Below, one piece after another: positions 1 through 13,589 of a DNA stretch of 64,000 bases. The DNA comes from Geosiphon pyriformis uo1 (taxonomy: Eukaryota > Fungi > Glomeromycota), in assembly GCA_016748015.1 (NCBI GenBank), contig JAAOMT010000426.1, forward strand, positions 210,057 to 274,056. Direction: 5' to 3'. Numbering within the stretch: the first letter of the stretch is position 1; the number at the start of each line of letters is the position of its first letter. Made by a program: the position numbers and the translations under genes. Below the pieces are notes generated by a model, which was not told where the DNA came from, did no database searches, and saw only the letters and a list, made by a program, of their open reading frames with translations.

Positions 1-211
1 AACAATGGCTCGTAAACAAAACGTTTCTGCAAGTTTTCGTCGAGAAGCATGGGCAATGAATTGTTAAATCCGCAATTATGAAAAGTACATTTTGAATCGT
101 AATTTTGGTGGTCAAAACGTTTGTATAAATGGGATTAAGATTTTCGTTCTCTTTGATGCTCTTCCTTTGACATGCAATATTCTCAATTGTGTTAAGTTTT
201 GAAAATTTCAT
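1..211 (-). CDS. Partial ORF running off the window edge, unknown product
   Basis: ATG at 211 followed by 70 open codons to the window start (MKFSKLNTIENIACQRKSIKENEN...VLFIIADLTIHCPCFSTKTCRNVLFTSHC). No recognisable motif. Confidence 0.3.
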   Translation of the reverse strand, partial: MKFSKLNTIENIACQRKSIKENENLNPIYTNVLTTKITIQNVLFIIADLTIHCPCFSTKTCRNVLFTSHC

Positions 212-819
212 TGTCAATATTTTCTTTGGATTGTGTGTAAAAATAATTAAAAACTTTTAACACAAGAAACCTTTTGCATATGAAGGTTTAATCATATTAA
301 ATAACATTTATCAACGAAAATTTATCCTCTTTTAGTCTATTTGTCTATATTATCTTTGGTCACCATGTACATTATTTTTTGTAAATAAAAAAAGCTTCGA
401 CTACCCATCGCAGGGTTAACTGTTAATGTTTACATGAACTTAAGTTCGGCCGACCGAATTGTTTCTTACGTCTTTTTCATGTATAAATTGATAAATATTT
501 GGATAAAATTGGTTATCAGTTGCATTAAATGACAAAGCGCCCACTGTTTTTGTTTCGCATTTTGAGTTGGAATCGATATCTATAATGAATTTATTTATCT
601 TGGGCGTTTTTTAATACCATTTGTATTTTCATTAAACCTTTATAGTTTATAACTTTGTACGCGGATAAACAAAAAAAGCTTTTGATGGGTTTCACGACAA
701 TGTAACATGTCGAGTATAAATGTCAGGTCGGAACTAATGAATGATTAGTTATTTTTTGGGATAAATAGAAGGATTGGAACATGTGAGCCTCCAAACCCTG
801 CATTGTCACATGGGACTGA

Positions 820-2200
820 AAATTTTCTTCATCTCCCGTTATGACGTTATCGAGTCATCATTGTTATTTTGTTTTCTCGCTTCTTCAAGAGGCCTCCCAA
901 AGCTCACATGCCTGAAAACATAAAGATCTCAATTTGTGATTGATGAGACATTTACTGCACGTACAAACGGCCCTGTACAGGTCTGCCGGCACATTTAGTG
1001 CTCTCCAGCAAACGGCAATCATTGATTAGAAAGCTTCCTATCAATAGTGGCAGACACCAGAAGGAATTGGGTTTCCATTCTAACCTCAAGGTTGTTCCCT
1101 TCTCAAAGAAATTCCTAACAGAGGAAATATGATATACCTCACGATTGCGGTCAAAAATTCAGGTTTTATTCCAAAGCTTCTGTATATGGAAGAAGAGCAG
1201 GTTTAGAGACCTCATCATGATGTGCATGAGTCGTTATTTTGGGAGTTCCTACCTACAAACTGCGATTACGGTCGAATGACTACATCGTACAAGATAATTC
1301 TGCACGTTACTTGAAATGAGGAGTGTGCTACCGACTTGACCTTTGAGTCCAATTGTACATGCGTGTTTAGGCGTGATTGAGAAAGGTAGTTTTGAAATAA
1401 TCACAGTACAATTATGAATATATAACTTATAATTTGATGATAATAATGATAGGATTACCGAGGCATTCCAGAGATCTAGGAAGTTGGTCATAAGCAATTG
1501 GGTCAGCAAGGTGTGTATTGTCTTTTCCATAGTTCTTCTGCTTAGGACCTTAACATAGATGGTCAAACCTCTTGCGATCGATTGTAATCTAGGAAATAAT
1601 CAACAGTGCACAATGTATTCTACGGTTAAGGAAGCGCAGGAGCTTTCATCGAATTGAAGAACATTCAAGAAAATGTTATATCAAATTCATTCTTTTGCAA
1701 CTCTTAAGCCGAAAATGTTGAAAATTAATTTTTACCAATTAAGAGATGAACCAGCGAATTGTCATCATCCGTCGACAGATTCAGAAGATGACATAGAAAG
1801 AAGCAAAAGCAATGCATCTATTGTAGCCGATGAAACAATGATTAATATAAAATAACTATTTCAATATGAGAGAGAAGTAGCTAAAAACGGTAATATGTAA
1901 GCTATTTTTTATAAATGTTTCTACAAAAGAAAAAATATATTCTACCGAGACAACAAACCCAACTTACTACATTTGTATTTTATGTACTTTTACACTTGGA
2001 ATTAAGGTTTGCAGCATTGGATCTAATAGCACAAATATTGCAAAGCCAGATTCTCTATCGAAAAAGGAAGAAAATGAAGTTAATGTTCCTGCAATGGAAA
2101 CGTGAAGGCTGGGAAGGAAAAGAAGTTATAAACTTTTAGACGTCCCTGTCGTTCGAGTGAGGAAATCGCAAAGAAATTGAACCTGCCAATGATAAATTCG
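820..2200 (+). pseudogene. Decayed coding-like sequence of unknown family
   Basis: Locally higher GC with splice-like GT..AG pairs and short ORFs (1673-1855, 1915-2139). Stops interrupt every frame I read. Confidence 0.25.
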
Positions 2201-4389
2201 TTACACCGTATAAGCTTGGAAATTAATCTTTTTTCAGTGGAATATTCTAATTTATTCAATAAACATTAACTCTTTAATTAATATAGAGAACAGTTTTATA
2301 TTTATTTAAAAACAAATAATATTAATCAAATAAAATTAATTTTTATAAATTTTAAAAGAATTTGATAAAAGACAGTTAATTAAAAATAATAATAATTAAT
2401 AATAATAAATTAATATAAAAAGTATTAAAAATATTATGCGATAACTAAGAATACGTAACCGAGAATATATTTTTAAATAAAAAACATCAAACAATTTATC
2501 AAATTTAAATTATTATCTTATTTTGTTAAAACAATTTTTTTTTGTTTATTGAAATTAATTATTAATTAACCAATTTATTTTTTAAAAATATTTTGCAATT
2601 TTAATTGATTTTTTTAAAACTTAATTTATAAGATTTCATGATAGTATTTTAATTATAACTTATATTTTATAATATTTTAATATTTATTTTTAATTTAAAA
2701 TATTTTATTTTATTAATTTAATAACATTTAAATATCAATACATTGCTGTAATATCTCTAATGATATTTGTAAAAAATATTAATTAATATTAAATTTAAAT
2801 TGTTGAATTAATATTTTTAATATAAAAATTATTATTGTTTTAAATGTTATTTTTTTAAAAATTTTTATCATAAATTTGCTAAGATAATATATTATTATTA
2901 TTATTATTATTAGTTTTAAAAAAACCAAACTAATTTATAAATAATTCCAAAAACATTAATTAAGTTAAAAATTTAATCTTAAACTAAAAATAAAATTTCA
3001 ATAATACGAAAATAGTTATTAAAAAATGATAAATTATGTAAAATATATTTGAAATTGACATAAGCAAATTTTAAAGTTTAATATATTATGAGCTAATTTA
3101 TTTATTAAAGTATATTTTAAAAATTTTATACATTTATTTAAAAAATTCAAATATGTTTTAACAAAAATTTGGATTAAATTAATATTAAAATAAGTAGCCA
3201 AATTACAAAACAAACATATTTAAAAAACTTAATAATAAATTATTTATCTTTATTAAAAAATTTTATTTTGAATTATTCAAAAAAAAATTTTATCTTTAAA
3301 TTATTTAAAAAAAAAAATTTTCTCTTTTGTATATATATATATATATTTTTTATATAAGATTTAATAAACATAGTATTATAAGTAATTATTTGAGATATTA
3401 GAATAAATAATAAACTTATAACTTGGTGCTTAATATCTAATTAGAATGCTGATTTCTAAAGATTATCGGAATTTAAAAAGTTTGGTAGAGTTTTTTGTAT
3501 AATAAACAAAGATTTAAATAATAGTTTTTTTTGTGAATTTCTTTTTTTAGCATAATAACCAGTTTAATCTAACAGTTATGTTTTTTTGGTAAGCTATTCT
3601 TTTATCTAAGTTTATTATTCTTGTTTTATGGGTTTTTTATCAAGTTATTCTTAATGTTAATATCTTAATATTTAATTTTTTAATTAATTAGTAAACAACA
3701 AAAAAACAAAATAAATAAAAATAAATAAAAAATTAGTATTTTGTTAATAGCCATAATTAAGAGTTATTGATTTAATATGACTAAGTAGCAAATACTATTA
3801 GCATAAGTTGTTAATAAAGTTGGAGAATAAGAATATTAATCCTATAAAAAAAATAACATAAATTGAATAATAAATAATAATTTTATTTAATATTTGGATA
3901 ATTCTACTTCAAGATATAAAATATTATCTTTTAAAAGGAAAGATATGTTATGAATATTTATTGTTTACTAACTAAAAACTTGTCTGAATATGAGTTGAAT
4001 AAATTGTATCTGAATTAAATAGATCAATAGATTATTATTATTTTTTTTACTTTTAATATTACTACTATATATATATAATTTTTGTTATATAAGATTTTAT
4101 ACATTTTTATTTTTTTCTATATTACTTTTTAAAACTGTGTTTATTTTTAAGTAATATGTCATAATTTCTTGAAAATATGCTTATTTTTTGTAAATATACA
4201 CATTTTTAAAAATAGTACTTATATGTTAAGTTTTATTTTTCTATTAACTTATTTTTCTAATTTGTTTTTCTTATTTTTTTGTACTCTTTTTTTATGAGTA
4301 ACAATAACTTAATTATTATTTAAAAATTAAAAACACACTAAGTGCTTTAGAGTTAAATGTAATTTATATGCTTTTTATATATAATCAGC

Positions 4390-6490
4390 TACTTGAGCCA
4401 GTTTAGATTATGCTATATTAATATAACAAAAGAAAACTTATTTAAAGCCAACATTTTTTAAACTATATTAAACAATTTAACACTAAAAATAGTCAATTTA
4501 ACCAGCCATTCAGTTGTTTTTAAAGGATCAGTTTTAATATTATTAAGCTTATATGTCCAAAAAAACATTAAGTTAAAAAATATATCATTATTAACACTAA
4601 TTGGTAGTTTTAAATTACCAGACATATCAATATTATCTATGTAATACTCTTTTTTAATAAGACTACTTCTTTTTTTAGCTTACCAACAACCTTGCTAAAA
4701 AAGTCCAAATAAATCATAAATTTATTAATTTTAAGACTAAAAACACTGCTTAAAATCAAATTACTATTAATAAATTATTTAAATACAGCAATTAGAAAGT
4801 CAACAAACTTAACAATCAATTTAACCAAAGTAGAAAGTTTGGCCAAATCAGATTCCAAAGAAATCAACTAAAAAAATATTATAAGATTATCAATAATTAC
4901 AAAAAAAAGAATAAAAGTTATTAAAGACAAAAACTTAGAAGAGCTCAAAAAAACAAAAGCTTTAGTATAAAACTTAGTATTTACAAAACATAATGCAAAT
5001 ATCTTGAAAATTTTGGAACTCTTAGAAGAGAAAAATGAAAACACTTTATAGTTTATAGCCAAATAATCCACTTCTTAATATCTAAAACAGCACTAACAAC
5101 TAAAAGTTTTTTATCAGATACAGCACTTTTTTAGTGTATTAATCTTAACTACTGCAGTATTCAAATCAGTTTAAGATTCTAATATAATCAGAACAAACTA
5201 AAAACAATAACTAAAATCAAAAAAACAGAGAATAAAACATGTTTGACTACTAATCTGAAAGATTATATTACTAATTTCAAAGACAGTACAGCCAAAAAAA
5301 AGATTAACCAATTTGGTTTTAAACTTATTATGAAACAAAATAGTTTTATTTTAATTAACTAAAGAGAAAATTCTAATACTATTCTTGTTCATCAACACCA
5401 ACCAATAATTTAAAACAAACACAATAGTATTTAATTCTTTAAAATGAATAATAACATATTGCCAAATACCAGCAAGTTTTAATATAATACAAACAATTTT
5501 ACCAAAAACATCAAGTATTGTCTTAATATTAGCAATAATTATATCTAAAAACATATTATATAGTACAATAACAGCAAAAAAAGAACCAAACTCAGAAACC
5601 ACCAAAGATTTGGCAATTTTAAGAATGGCCAACTAAATAGAACTTGTAAATTCAATCAAAAATGCAGTTTTAGAGATATTTAAGAAGCAAATTTTATACA
5701 AAAAAGCTTTATATTGTTTTTTAATACTAATTTAATATTCAAAAAACTATGTACAAACTGAAAAACAGTCTTAATATAAGCCAATTTAATCTTAAAAATA
5801 TTATTAGACACCAAAATAAAGGCTATTTATTTAGCAAATTTTTGACAACTAAAGATAATTTTCTAAATACTATTAGTAACAACACCAAAAACTAACAAAA
5901 AAAATGAATTAATTTCTATTTAATTAACTCAGTTTTTAAGAATAGATAATCTAATAAAAAATTATTGTTTTGTTTTTAAAACTGGCAATAATTTATTAGA
6001 AGAAATCATATTTAATAGTATAATTAGTAGTTAATTTTAGTCTATTTTAGATAATATATTAGATAATATAATAGAGATTTTATTCAAATCTTATCTAAAA
6101 TCATAAAAAAATTTGATATAACAATATTAGAAGTGAGTGATTGCTTCTACTTTTTATTATTCTTGGTCTTTTTGATTATTTTTAAAAAAGAGATACTAAT
6201 AATACTAAACATAGCAATAATAATTAGAAAAACCAACTTATTAACTAGTCTACTATTAAAAACTTTTGGGCTCTTAGTAGGAGTAGAAACAACACTAAAA
6301 TTAACTCAAATATGTTTCTTTGAAAAAATTTTAACTAAAAAAAAACCAGCCAAAAATGAAAAAAATATTTTAATAACCATTAAAATCAGCTTTTTATTAT
6401 TATTAACTAAAAAAAAAGCTTTTAAAACATTCTGTTTAGCTGTTTTTACAACAAAAAAAACTTTTCTAATTAAAACTTTATAATTATTAT
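4390..6490 (-). mobile_element. Second degenerate LINE-like ORF1 remnant (copy B, related family)
   Basis: 5351-5632 reads IKTILDVFGKIVCIILKLAGIWQYVIIHF...YWLVLMNKNSIRI, which parallels the RRM-like segment of copy A (xFGxIxxIxxxLxxIWQ). The upstream minus frame reads SVVSTPTKSPKVFNSRLVNKLVF. Boundaries approximate. Confidence 0.6.
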
Positions 6491-9400
6491 AAGTGTTTTA
6501 GTAAGTACCTTTCAACACTAAAAAATTATCACCATAAAAAACATTAAATTTGCTATAAGTTAAAGATATCTGGTCAGAAAAAACCTTAGATAAAATTTTA
6601 CATGCAGTATTAACTAATGTAATAAGTCTAGTATTTATTAAAACACCATTTCACTTATAAGGTTTTGGGATCATCAAAACTTATGCTTTCTTTCAGACAG
6701 CTGGAATTGTATCCAAACTCAAACACAAATTCAATAGCTTTAAAAGACAGACCAATACCTTTTCACCATAATGTTTTCAAAGTTTATTAGGTATTTTAGA
6801 CAACCCAACTGATTTATCATTTGACAAGCTATTAATAACCAAAAACAATTCTGCCAAACCAATCTTTTTTATTACATTAAAAAAAACATTATCATCTACA
6901 TAATCTAGAGGCATATATTTTCAAAACCAAAAGTCAGGCAACTTTGAAGGTACTGAATGCTTTTTTGTCCATCTTTTTATAATCTCATCAATTTTAAGCT
7001 TAATCTTATTAAGTTCAACCACCAATACATTATCTACTACCAAGTAATCTAAAACTATTTTGCAAAATAAATGTTCCAGAATGCTTCTTATCATTCACCC
7101 TTTGTCAGAACAGAAATTTTTTATATGATAGTTAATTGTTTTCCTAATAACTACATTTTCAGCAATCTTAGACTTACAATACTTAAATTTTCTGTACTTT
7201 TTCTTCACTACCAACAAATACTTAACTAGATTTATTAAGCTTGCATCATCCAATATTATGTCAACAACCACAGATGCTTTGATCTTATTAATATCTGACC
7301 AGACTTTTACAAAGTGGTCAAAGTTTAGAAAATCACCAGAATTCTAATATTTCACAATCTTAGCAACAAGCAGCTCTAATTTGAAGAATTATGAAGATTG
7401 TTTATTCTTTGAGCAATTGTACTCACTATACTAAACTTTGGAGAGCATCACATTAACAGCTTGTATTATAGTTTTTTCTAGCATTTTTCACATTATATTT
7501 AAGTTATTATTGTCTTTTGCACTTTCAAATATGTTTGATTTGACCAACAATTCAGCAAAAAAATGATCTTTAAAGCCCAACCATTGAACATTATCTGCAT
7601 CTCCCAATTTGAACTTTTACTAATCTCGGTTGGCTTGCTTGTGAGTGCTGATAAGATGAGTATTTAAAAGTCCACACAAATTGATTGAAACCAAAACTGA
7701 CTTGTGATCTGTATTGAAAAATTCTGACACATCATTGACTTTGTGCAATGTAATTGTGGATGCCAAATCTTTGTTTATGAAAACAAAATCAATTACCTTT
7801 CCAACACCCTTAGAATTGCTCTAAGTAGAAGCTTTGAGCAGTGAATGTTCATCAAAAGTGTTAACCAAGCCCAAACTCAAGCAAAACTTGAAGCTTGTAT
7901 TCTTTTTAGATCTATTTTCATTAAAATTACCATTCAAGATCACAAAAAACCTGAAATTAACAGCTTTAAAAATCATAAAATTAATATCAGCAGCTTGGCC
8001 AAAGTGTGTACCAACTGAAGCACCAGCATAGAGACTCAAGAATATAATTGAAAGCTTGTTTTTGAACAGAAAGCACACAAAAATCAAATAACCAAAAATT
8101 TTCTTAATCTTTAACACATGCCAAGCCAAAAAGATGTCTATAATTATAGCAACACCAGTACTACAAAAACTTACATCCAAACCAGCAGTGAAAATCCAGG
8201 TTTCATCAAACTTATTCATGATCTAAGGCCTAATATTAGACCTTAATTTTGTCTTAGTAACAATAGAAATCATATTACCTGATTCCTTATGCCAATGAAC
8301 AATATCTTTTTGTTTAGCTAAATTTGTTATATCTCTAATATTATATGTGACCACTTTTCAAATAAGTGCATTTATTGACATAAATAATGTATCAAAGAAT
8401 CTGAATTTGTGCACAACAGATTCAACTTTCCCAAAATTGAGCCAATAGAAACTTCAAGTGCTATTATCTTAGATTTCAAACTGCCAATTTTGAAAATAAA
8501 AATTTTTGAACTACTCATACCCAAATCCACTATCTTGTCCTCTACCACAGGAGATAAAAAAAAGAAAAATGGCTGTGAAACATTCAAAACCATATTAGCA
8601 CCTAACATTGACAACATAAAAGCAAGAATAACTGGAAGTTTGACTTGAGAGACAGAAACCAAGGGCATCAGCTTTATACCATTTAATCTATACACAATAC
8701 TTGACACTTGCTTAGCCAGCAATTCCAAGAAGCATTCCAACAAAGCCAAACAATCATCAATTGATGAACTATTTTGAGCAACTGGAGTGCTCTCTTTATT
8801 ATATAAAGCACCAAGAAGAAAAGAACCAGACCCAGAATCATGACTGATATAAAAACCACCAAAAAAAAGAGCAAAAAAAACTACCTGTGTTCAAAACTTG
8901 TCACCAAAGACAGTAGAATAGGAAATAAGAACACTCTTTTTTATGTACAGCTTTGCCAGCTGAAGATAATGCATTTTTAAAGTGTCTTTTTTAAAGATTT
9001 TTGAAGGCTTAAAATCAAATATAGTTAGTACATTACACTTTAAAGTAAAATGTCCAAAATGTTCATACTTCTTACAATAAACCAAATTCAATCTAGTTCA
9101 AGAAAGTTTGACACCACCAAATATTGGCTCAGTACAATATGCAAATTCCAAGCTCTCCTCAAATTCGAAACTGATTATAGTACAGCAAATCTGGTTACCA
9201 GAATTCAATAAGTAATTGATAATACAGATTTTTCTACCAGTCCCATTTAAGAGAGTGCTCAAATTATAAGCAGTTGTTTCCACTAGTAAAGTAAACAGTA
9301 AAGCTCTAAACTGATCCCTTGATGCTCAAGTGTCACAATTTTTCATAGTTTTGGCTATGCACACAGAATTTTTACCAATCAAAAAAGACTATTTAGCAGC

Positions 9401-10330
9401 CAACTATTAAGTCTGACCTAATTTGGTAAATTTTATCATAGCTTTTTGCCATATTTCAATTAGTTGAATTTTGATCGACTTAATTTCTCCAAATTTGGAT
9501 ACTGCAGCAACAATCATTTCCTTTGGCATATCTATGGGAATTTTTTTAATAATTACAGCTTGATTTAAATGTATTCCTTGTCTCTTAATATTGACATTTG
9601 CAATAATTCTATTTTCTTTGGCCAATAAAGTGGTTTTTATTATGCTGATCTCTAATGTAAAGGTAGATCTGATGATTTCTTCAAATTTTGAGAAGGTAGT
9701 AGCTTCCCCAAAACTATTGACTGACAAAAAAATTCTCCTAACCAATTGAGTTTTCACCATAACAAATTTGTCTTCTATTGTTGAGAAGTTGATATCCAAA
9801 GTAAATGATTTCTTAACACCAACTTCCAAAGAAGTTTTCACAATTTTAAAATCTATTCATCTCTTGTCCAAAGATATATTGAAGAGGAGTGGAAGAAGTT
9901 TCACCTCTTTTTCCATATCATAATTAGAAAAGCCAAAAGGGGACCCAAAGACTACACTAGTATTAACTTTTTTTGTCTTAGAAGTATTAGCTGCTAAGCT
10001 TAAAAGAAATCTGCCATTAACACTTTCCATGATTATATTGTCTTTACTACAGTTAAATTCACTATCCAAATCTGAATACAAACCACCAGAACCAGGTTTG
10101 ACTAAAGAAATGTCTTTTTTATTATCTGAGTGCTTAACATTATCTAAAACCACTTTTTTTTTCTGAAAGAAAAAATCATCAGCAGGATTATGGAAAACAC
10201 TCTTGGACATTTTCTTATTAAACATATTACCACCTGAAACAGTCTTTAAATCCACAACAAAAGAATTATTAGTTAAAAAAATAATGATATAAACTAACAA
10301 AAAAACTTCTTTTTTAGAAATCCGCTCTTT
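6490..10330 (-). mobile_element. Degenerate non-LTR retrotransposon (LINE), copy A: ORF1 (RRM-like plus decayed zinc knuckle), APE endonuclease and start of RT
   Basis: Minus strand, in order: ORF1 RRM-like IIKKIPIDMPKEMIVAAVSKFGEIKSIKIQLIEIWQKA (9407-9841); decayed CCHC CKKYEHFGHFTLKC (8891-9091); APE motifs *KVVTYNIRD (~8330-8360), TGVAIII, SLYA, ILNGNFNE, KVIDFVF, TDHKSV (~7700); RT N-terminal TACKILSKVFSDQIS (~6565-6610). Many stops and frameshifts; truncated within RT. Confidence 0.85.
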
Positions 10331-13189
10331 GGGGTTTTTTTTGAAATATAAGAGAGAAAAAAGTTTTTTTTAAAACTTAACTTTATTATAATTATTACTA
10401 TTTTTAAAAAATTGTTTTTATACAAATGTCTTTAATATTAAGCAAAAAATAATTTTAAACAATAAAACAGCTTTTTAAAATTTTAATAAATAAACAAGTT
10501 ATATAATAATTTAATAAAAACTATTTTTTTTTCTTTTATAGTTTTAATATTTAAAAGCTTTTTTTAAAAGTAAAAACAATTAAACAATATTTTTTAAACA
10601 ATTGATTAAAATCAGTTCTAATATAATTATTACTATTATAAAAAGTTTAAGAATTTTTAATAAAAAACTGGTAATAAATTATTTTTTCTTAATAATTTTT
10701 CTTAATTAAATGGCCAAGAAAAATAAAAAAATAAAAAAGCAATTCTTTTAAAGCTTATTTTTATAAAAAATAAAGTATTGGCTTTTTTAATTTTTGGATA
10801 TCTTTATTAATTTTATTGTAATTACATTAATTATGATATTCAATTTTAATTTAATTATAAACAATATTTTTTTTTAAATAATAATAATAGCAATATGTTT
10901 ATTAAAATTAATTTTAATTATTTGGCTAAATATTAAATTTTAGTTAATTTTTAAATATTAAGCTAATAAAATAAAAATTAAAACACTTTTAGTTTTAATA
11001 ATATCTAAAAAACTATTAAAATTTTTTAAGTAGATAATTTTTATTTTTAAAATTGTAAAATTTTTTATAAAATTTAAGTCTAATATTGTTTTTATTATTA
11101 TTGTTTTCTATAATATTAAAATTTGTTAGTTAAAATATATTATTGTTATTTTTGATTTTTAGAAAGATTAATAGTTTAAAAAATTATTATATTTAAGTAT
11201 TAAAATTTGAAATATTTGGTTTTTAAATATAAAATATTTTTATTTTATTTATTAAAGTTTTTTAAGTTTGTAGTAAGTTTTAAAATTTTTGAAAATAAGT
11301 TTACTATGCTAAATTTTATGCAAAAATTACTGTATTTTTAGTTTTTTAACTGATTATTATTTTTAATTTTGTAATTAAATTAAAATTAAACTTTTTAAAT
11401 TTTGTTAATTAATTTGTTTTTGTTAATTAAATTTATTATTAAACTTACTAATTTTTTAATTTTTTTAATTACAATATTTATAAAAGTTTTTTTTGTTTTT
11501 AATATTAAAATAAAATAAAAATCTTTGTTATAAAAAAGCAAATTAGTATTTTTGGTAAAATTATAAGTAATTTGAATAAAAAAAATAATTAATTTTAAAG
11601 TTAAATATAATATAAATGCTTATTTAATAATGAAATAAATATCAATAAAAAAGATTATTTATTAATAAAAATATTTTTGTTAAGATTATGGTTTTATAAA
11701 AGCTTTAAATTCTAAATATTAAGTTTAATACTAATATAATTACTAAGTAAATAAATAATTTGGTTTTAAATAACGATAATTTAATCTGTATTATACATAA
11801 AATAAATATTCTAAACAAGTTTTCTTTTTATAATTAGCTTAATATAGTTTTAATAAAATTTTAAATAATTGATTGCATATTAAAATGCATAATTTATTTA
11901 TATAGTTGTTTTTTTTTAATTAAAGTAAATAATAATAAAAACCATATAAAAAAATAGATTTAAAAATCAATATTTGTTATAATTGTTTTTGTTATTTTTA
12001 ATTCTTTTAATTTATATTTTTATAATTTAATTTTTAATAAATATAAGTTTACTAAAAATATTTTTATTATTAATATTATTTTTATTTGCAAAATATAAGA
12101 ATAACAAATAATAAAATACAGAAAAACTAAAAAATTAAAAAATACAAAAAATAATAATAATCTACAACAAATACTAAAAAACAAAAAACATTTTTAATTA
12201 TATATTATTAATTAATAAAATTGGCCAAAATTTGTTCTTAATACAATAATTAAATAAAACAAAAAAAATTAAATTAAAAAAAAATAAAATAATATTACCA
12301 AAAAAATTGGTTAATATTTATAACTATTTAATAAAACTATATTTATTTTAGTTATTATAAGATAAATATAGTTTTATAAAGCTGTTGTTTATTTGATCAT
12401 ACTTTTACAAAATTGCTTAAATTTAACTTTTGCTAATATTACAAATAAAATTAATTAATTAAACATTAATTGTATAAAAAAAATTATTAAATATAATATA
12501 TAAACAACAATAAAATAGATTAAGATTTTATTTTTATTCTTATAAAACATTATATTACATTTTTTAAATTATGCCTAAATTTTAACAAATTTTCTTGGAA
12601 TTGTTTTTATGTTTTTCATATTTATATTTAATTAATACATAAATACACATAAATACAAATTCATTTTCAATTAAATAATAATAACATCTATTATGATCTT
12701 TTTATTTTAAAACAAAATTCAAAAATAACAAATAGCTTTATTTACATAAGATTCTATTTAATAACAAACTTATTTATTTCTGAGTAAACATTTGTTTAGA
12801 TTTATAAAATACAAAAGCAAGTCTGTAAAATTTCAAGCAGATAACTTTATTTATGTAGTTTTTATTGATCTTACTAAAAAATAAATAAAATTGGTTAACA
12901 AAATATTAAAAATATTATTCATATTTTTATTTACATGAACAATTTAATGTTATAAAAAAATAAGTTGGTACAATTAACTTCCAGATGCAAAAAACAGGCT
13001 AGAAGACTTGACAAAACAGTAGCATGTATTTGACAAAAAATTAAAATGAAATCCATAGAAAGACCATTGCTTCTCCTTTTGAGGTATCAAATATATTAAA
13101 TTGAAAACAAGAAAGATTATACAAAAGAAAGTTCAAAATATGCTCAGCTGGGCACATTATGAATTTTAACAACATCTAATAACCAAAGT

Positions 13190-13520
13190 GGAAGAATTGG
13201 AAATTTGTGTTATCAGCCAAAATGAAGCTTATATGTCCAAGACTTACAGTTGATGTGGAAACATCCAAAACATCGGAAGATCCCAAATGTATGAATACCG
13301 AAATTGTAGGACCGTAATGAGTAGAGATAAAAATGGCGCTTGGGGAATTTTTCTCTGGGCATTGCTTGATTCTCTCTGGAGATCATGCAGGAAACTGTAG
13401 CAATGCTTAGCATTATCTATTATTGATCTCTCGCAATTAATGATTTACCTGTGAAAATCATTTTCCGGTGAGGATATAATATGCAACTGCGTCAGTCGCA
13501 GCATTTGCCTACTTTGCCAC
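13190..13520 (-). pseudogene. Possible amino-acid permease (APC family) fragment
   Basis: Minus frame LHDLQRESSNAQRKIPQAPFLSLLITVLQF resembles the permease EExxNAxxxIPxAIxxS motif. Frameshifted and short. Confidence 0.25.
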
Positions 13521-13589
13521 CATTTCCTTTATAAATGTATTTTGGGGAGCTCTTTGAATCTTGTGATATTTATTCCTTGGCTTAAAATA

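Larger units (their letters stand above)
2230..12960. repeat. Ultra-AT-rich block of hypermutated transposon DNA
   Basis: Abrupt drop in G+C at about 2230 and recovery at about 12960. CpG is nearly absent. Contains recognisable LINE remnants. Confidence 0.8.

Noticed and set aside
2214-12985. Terminal inverted repeat (TGGAARTTAAT) bounding the AT-rich block
   Set aside because: Only about 11 bp in low-complexity DNA with no clear target-site duplication; could be chance.
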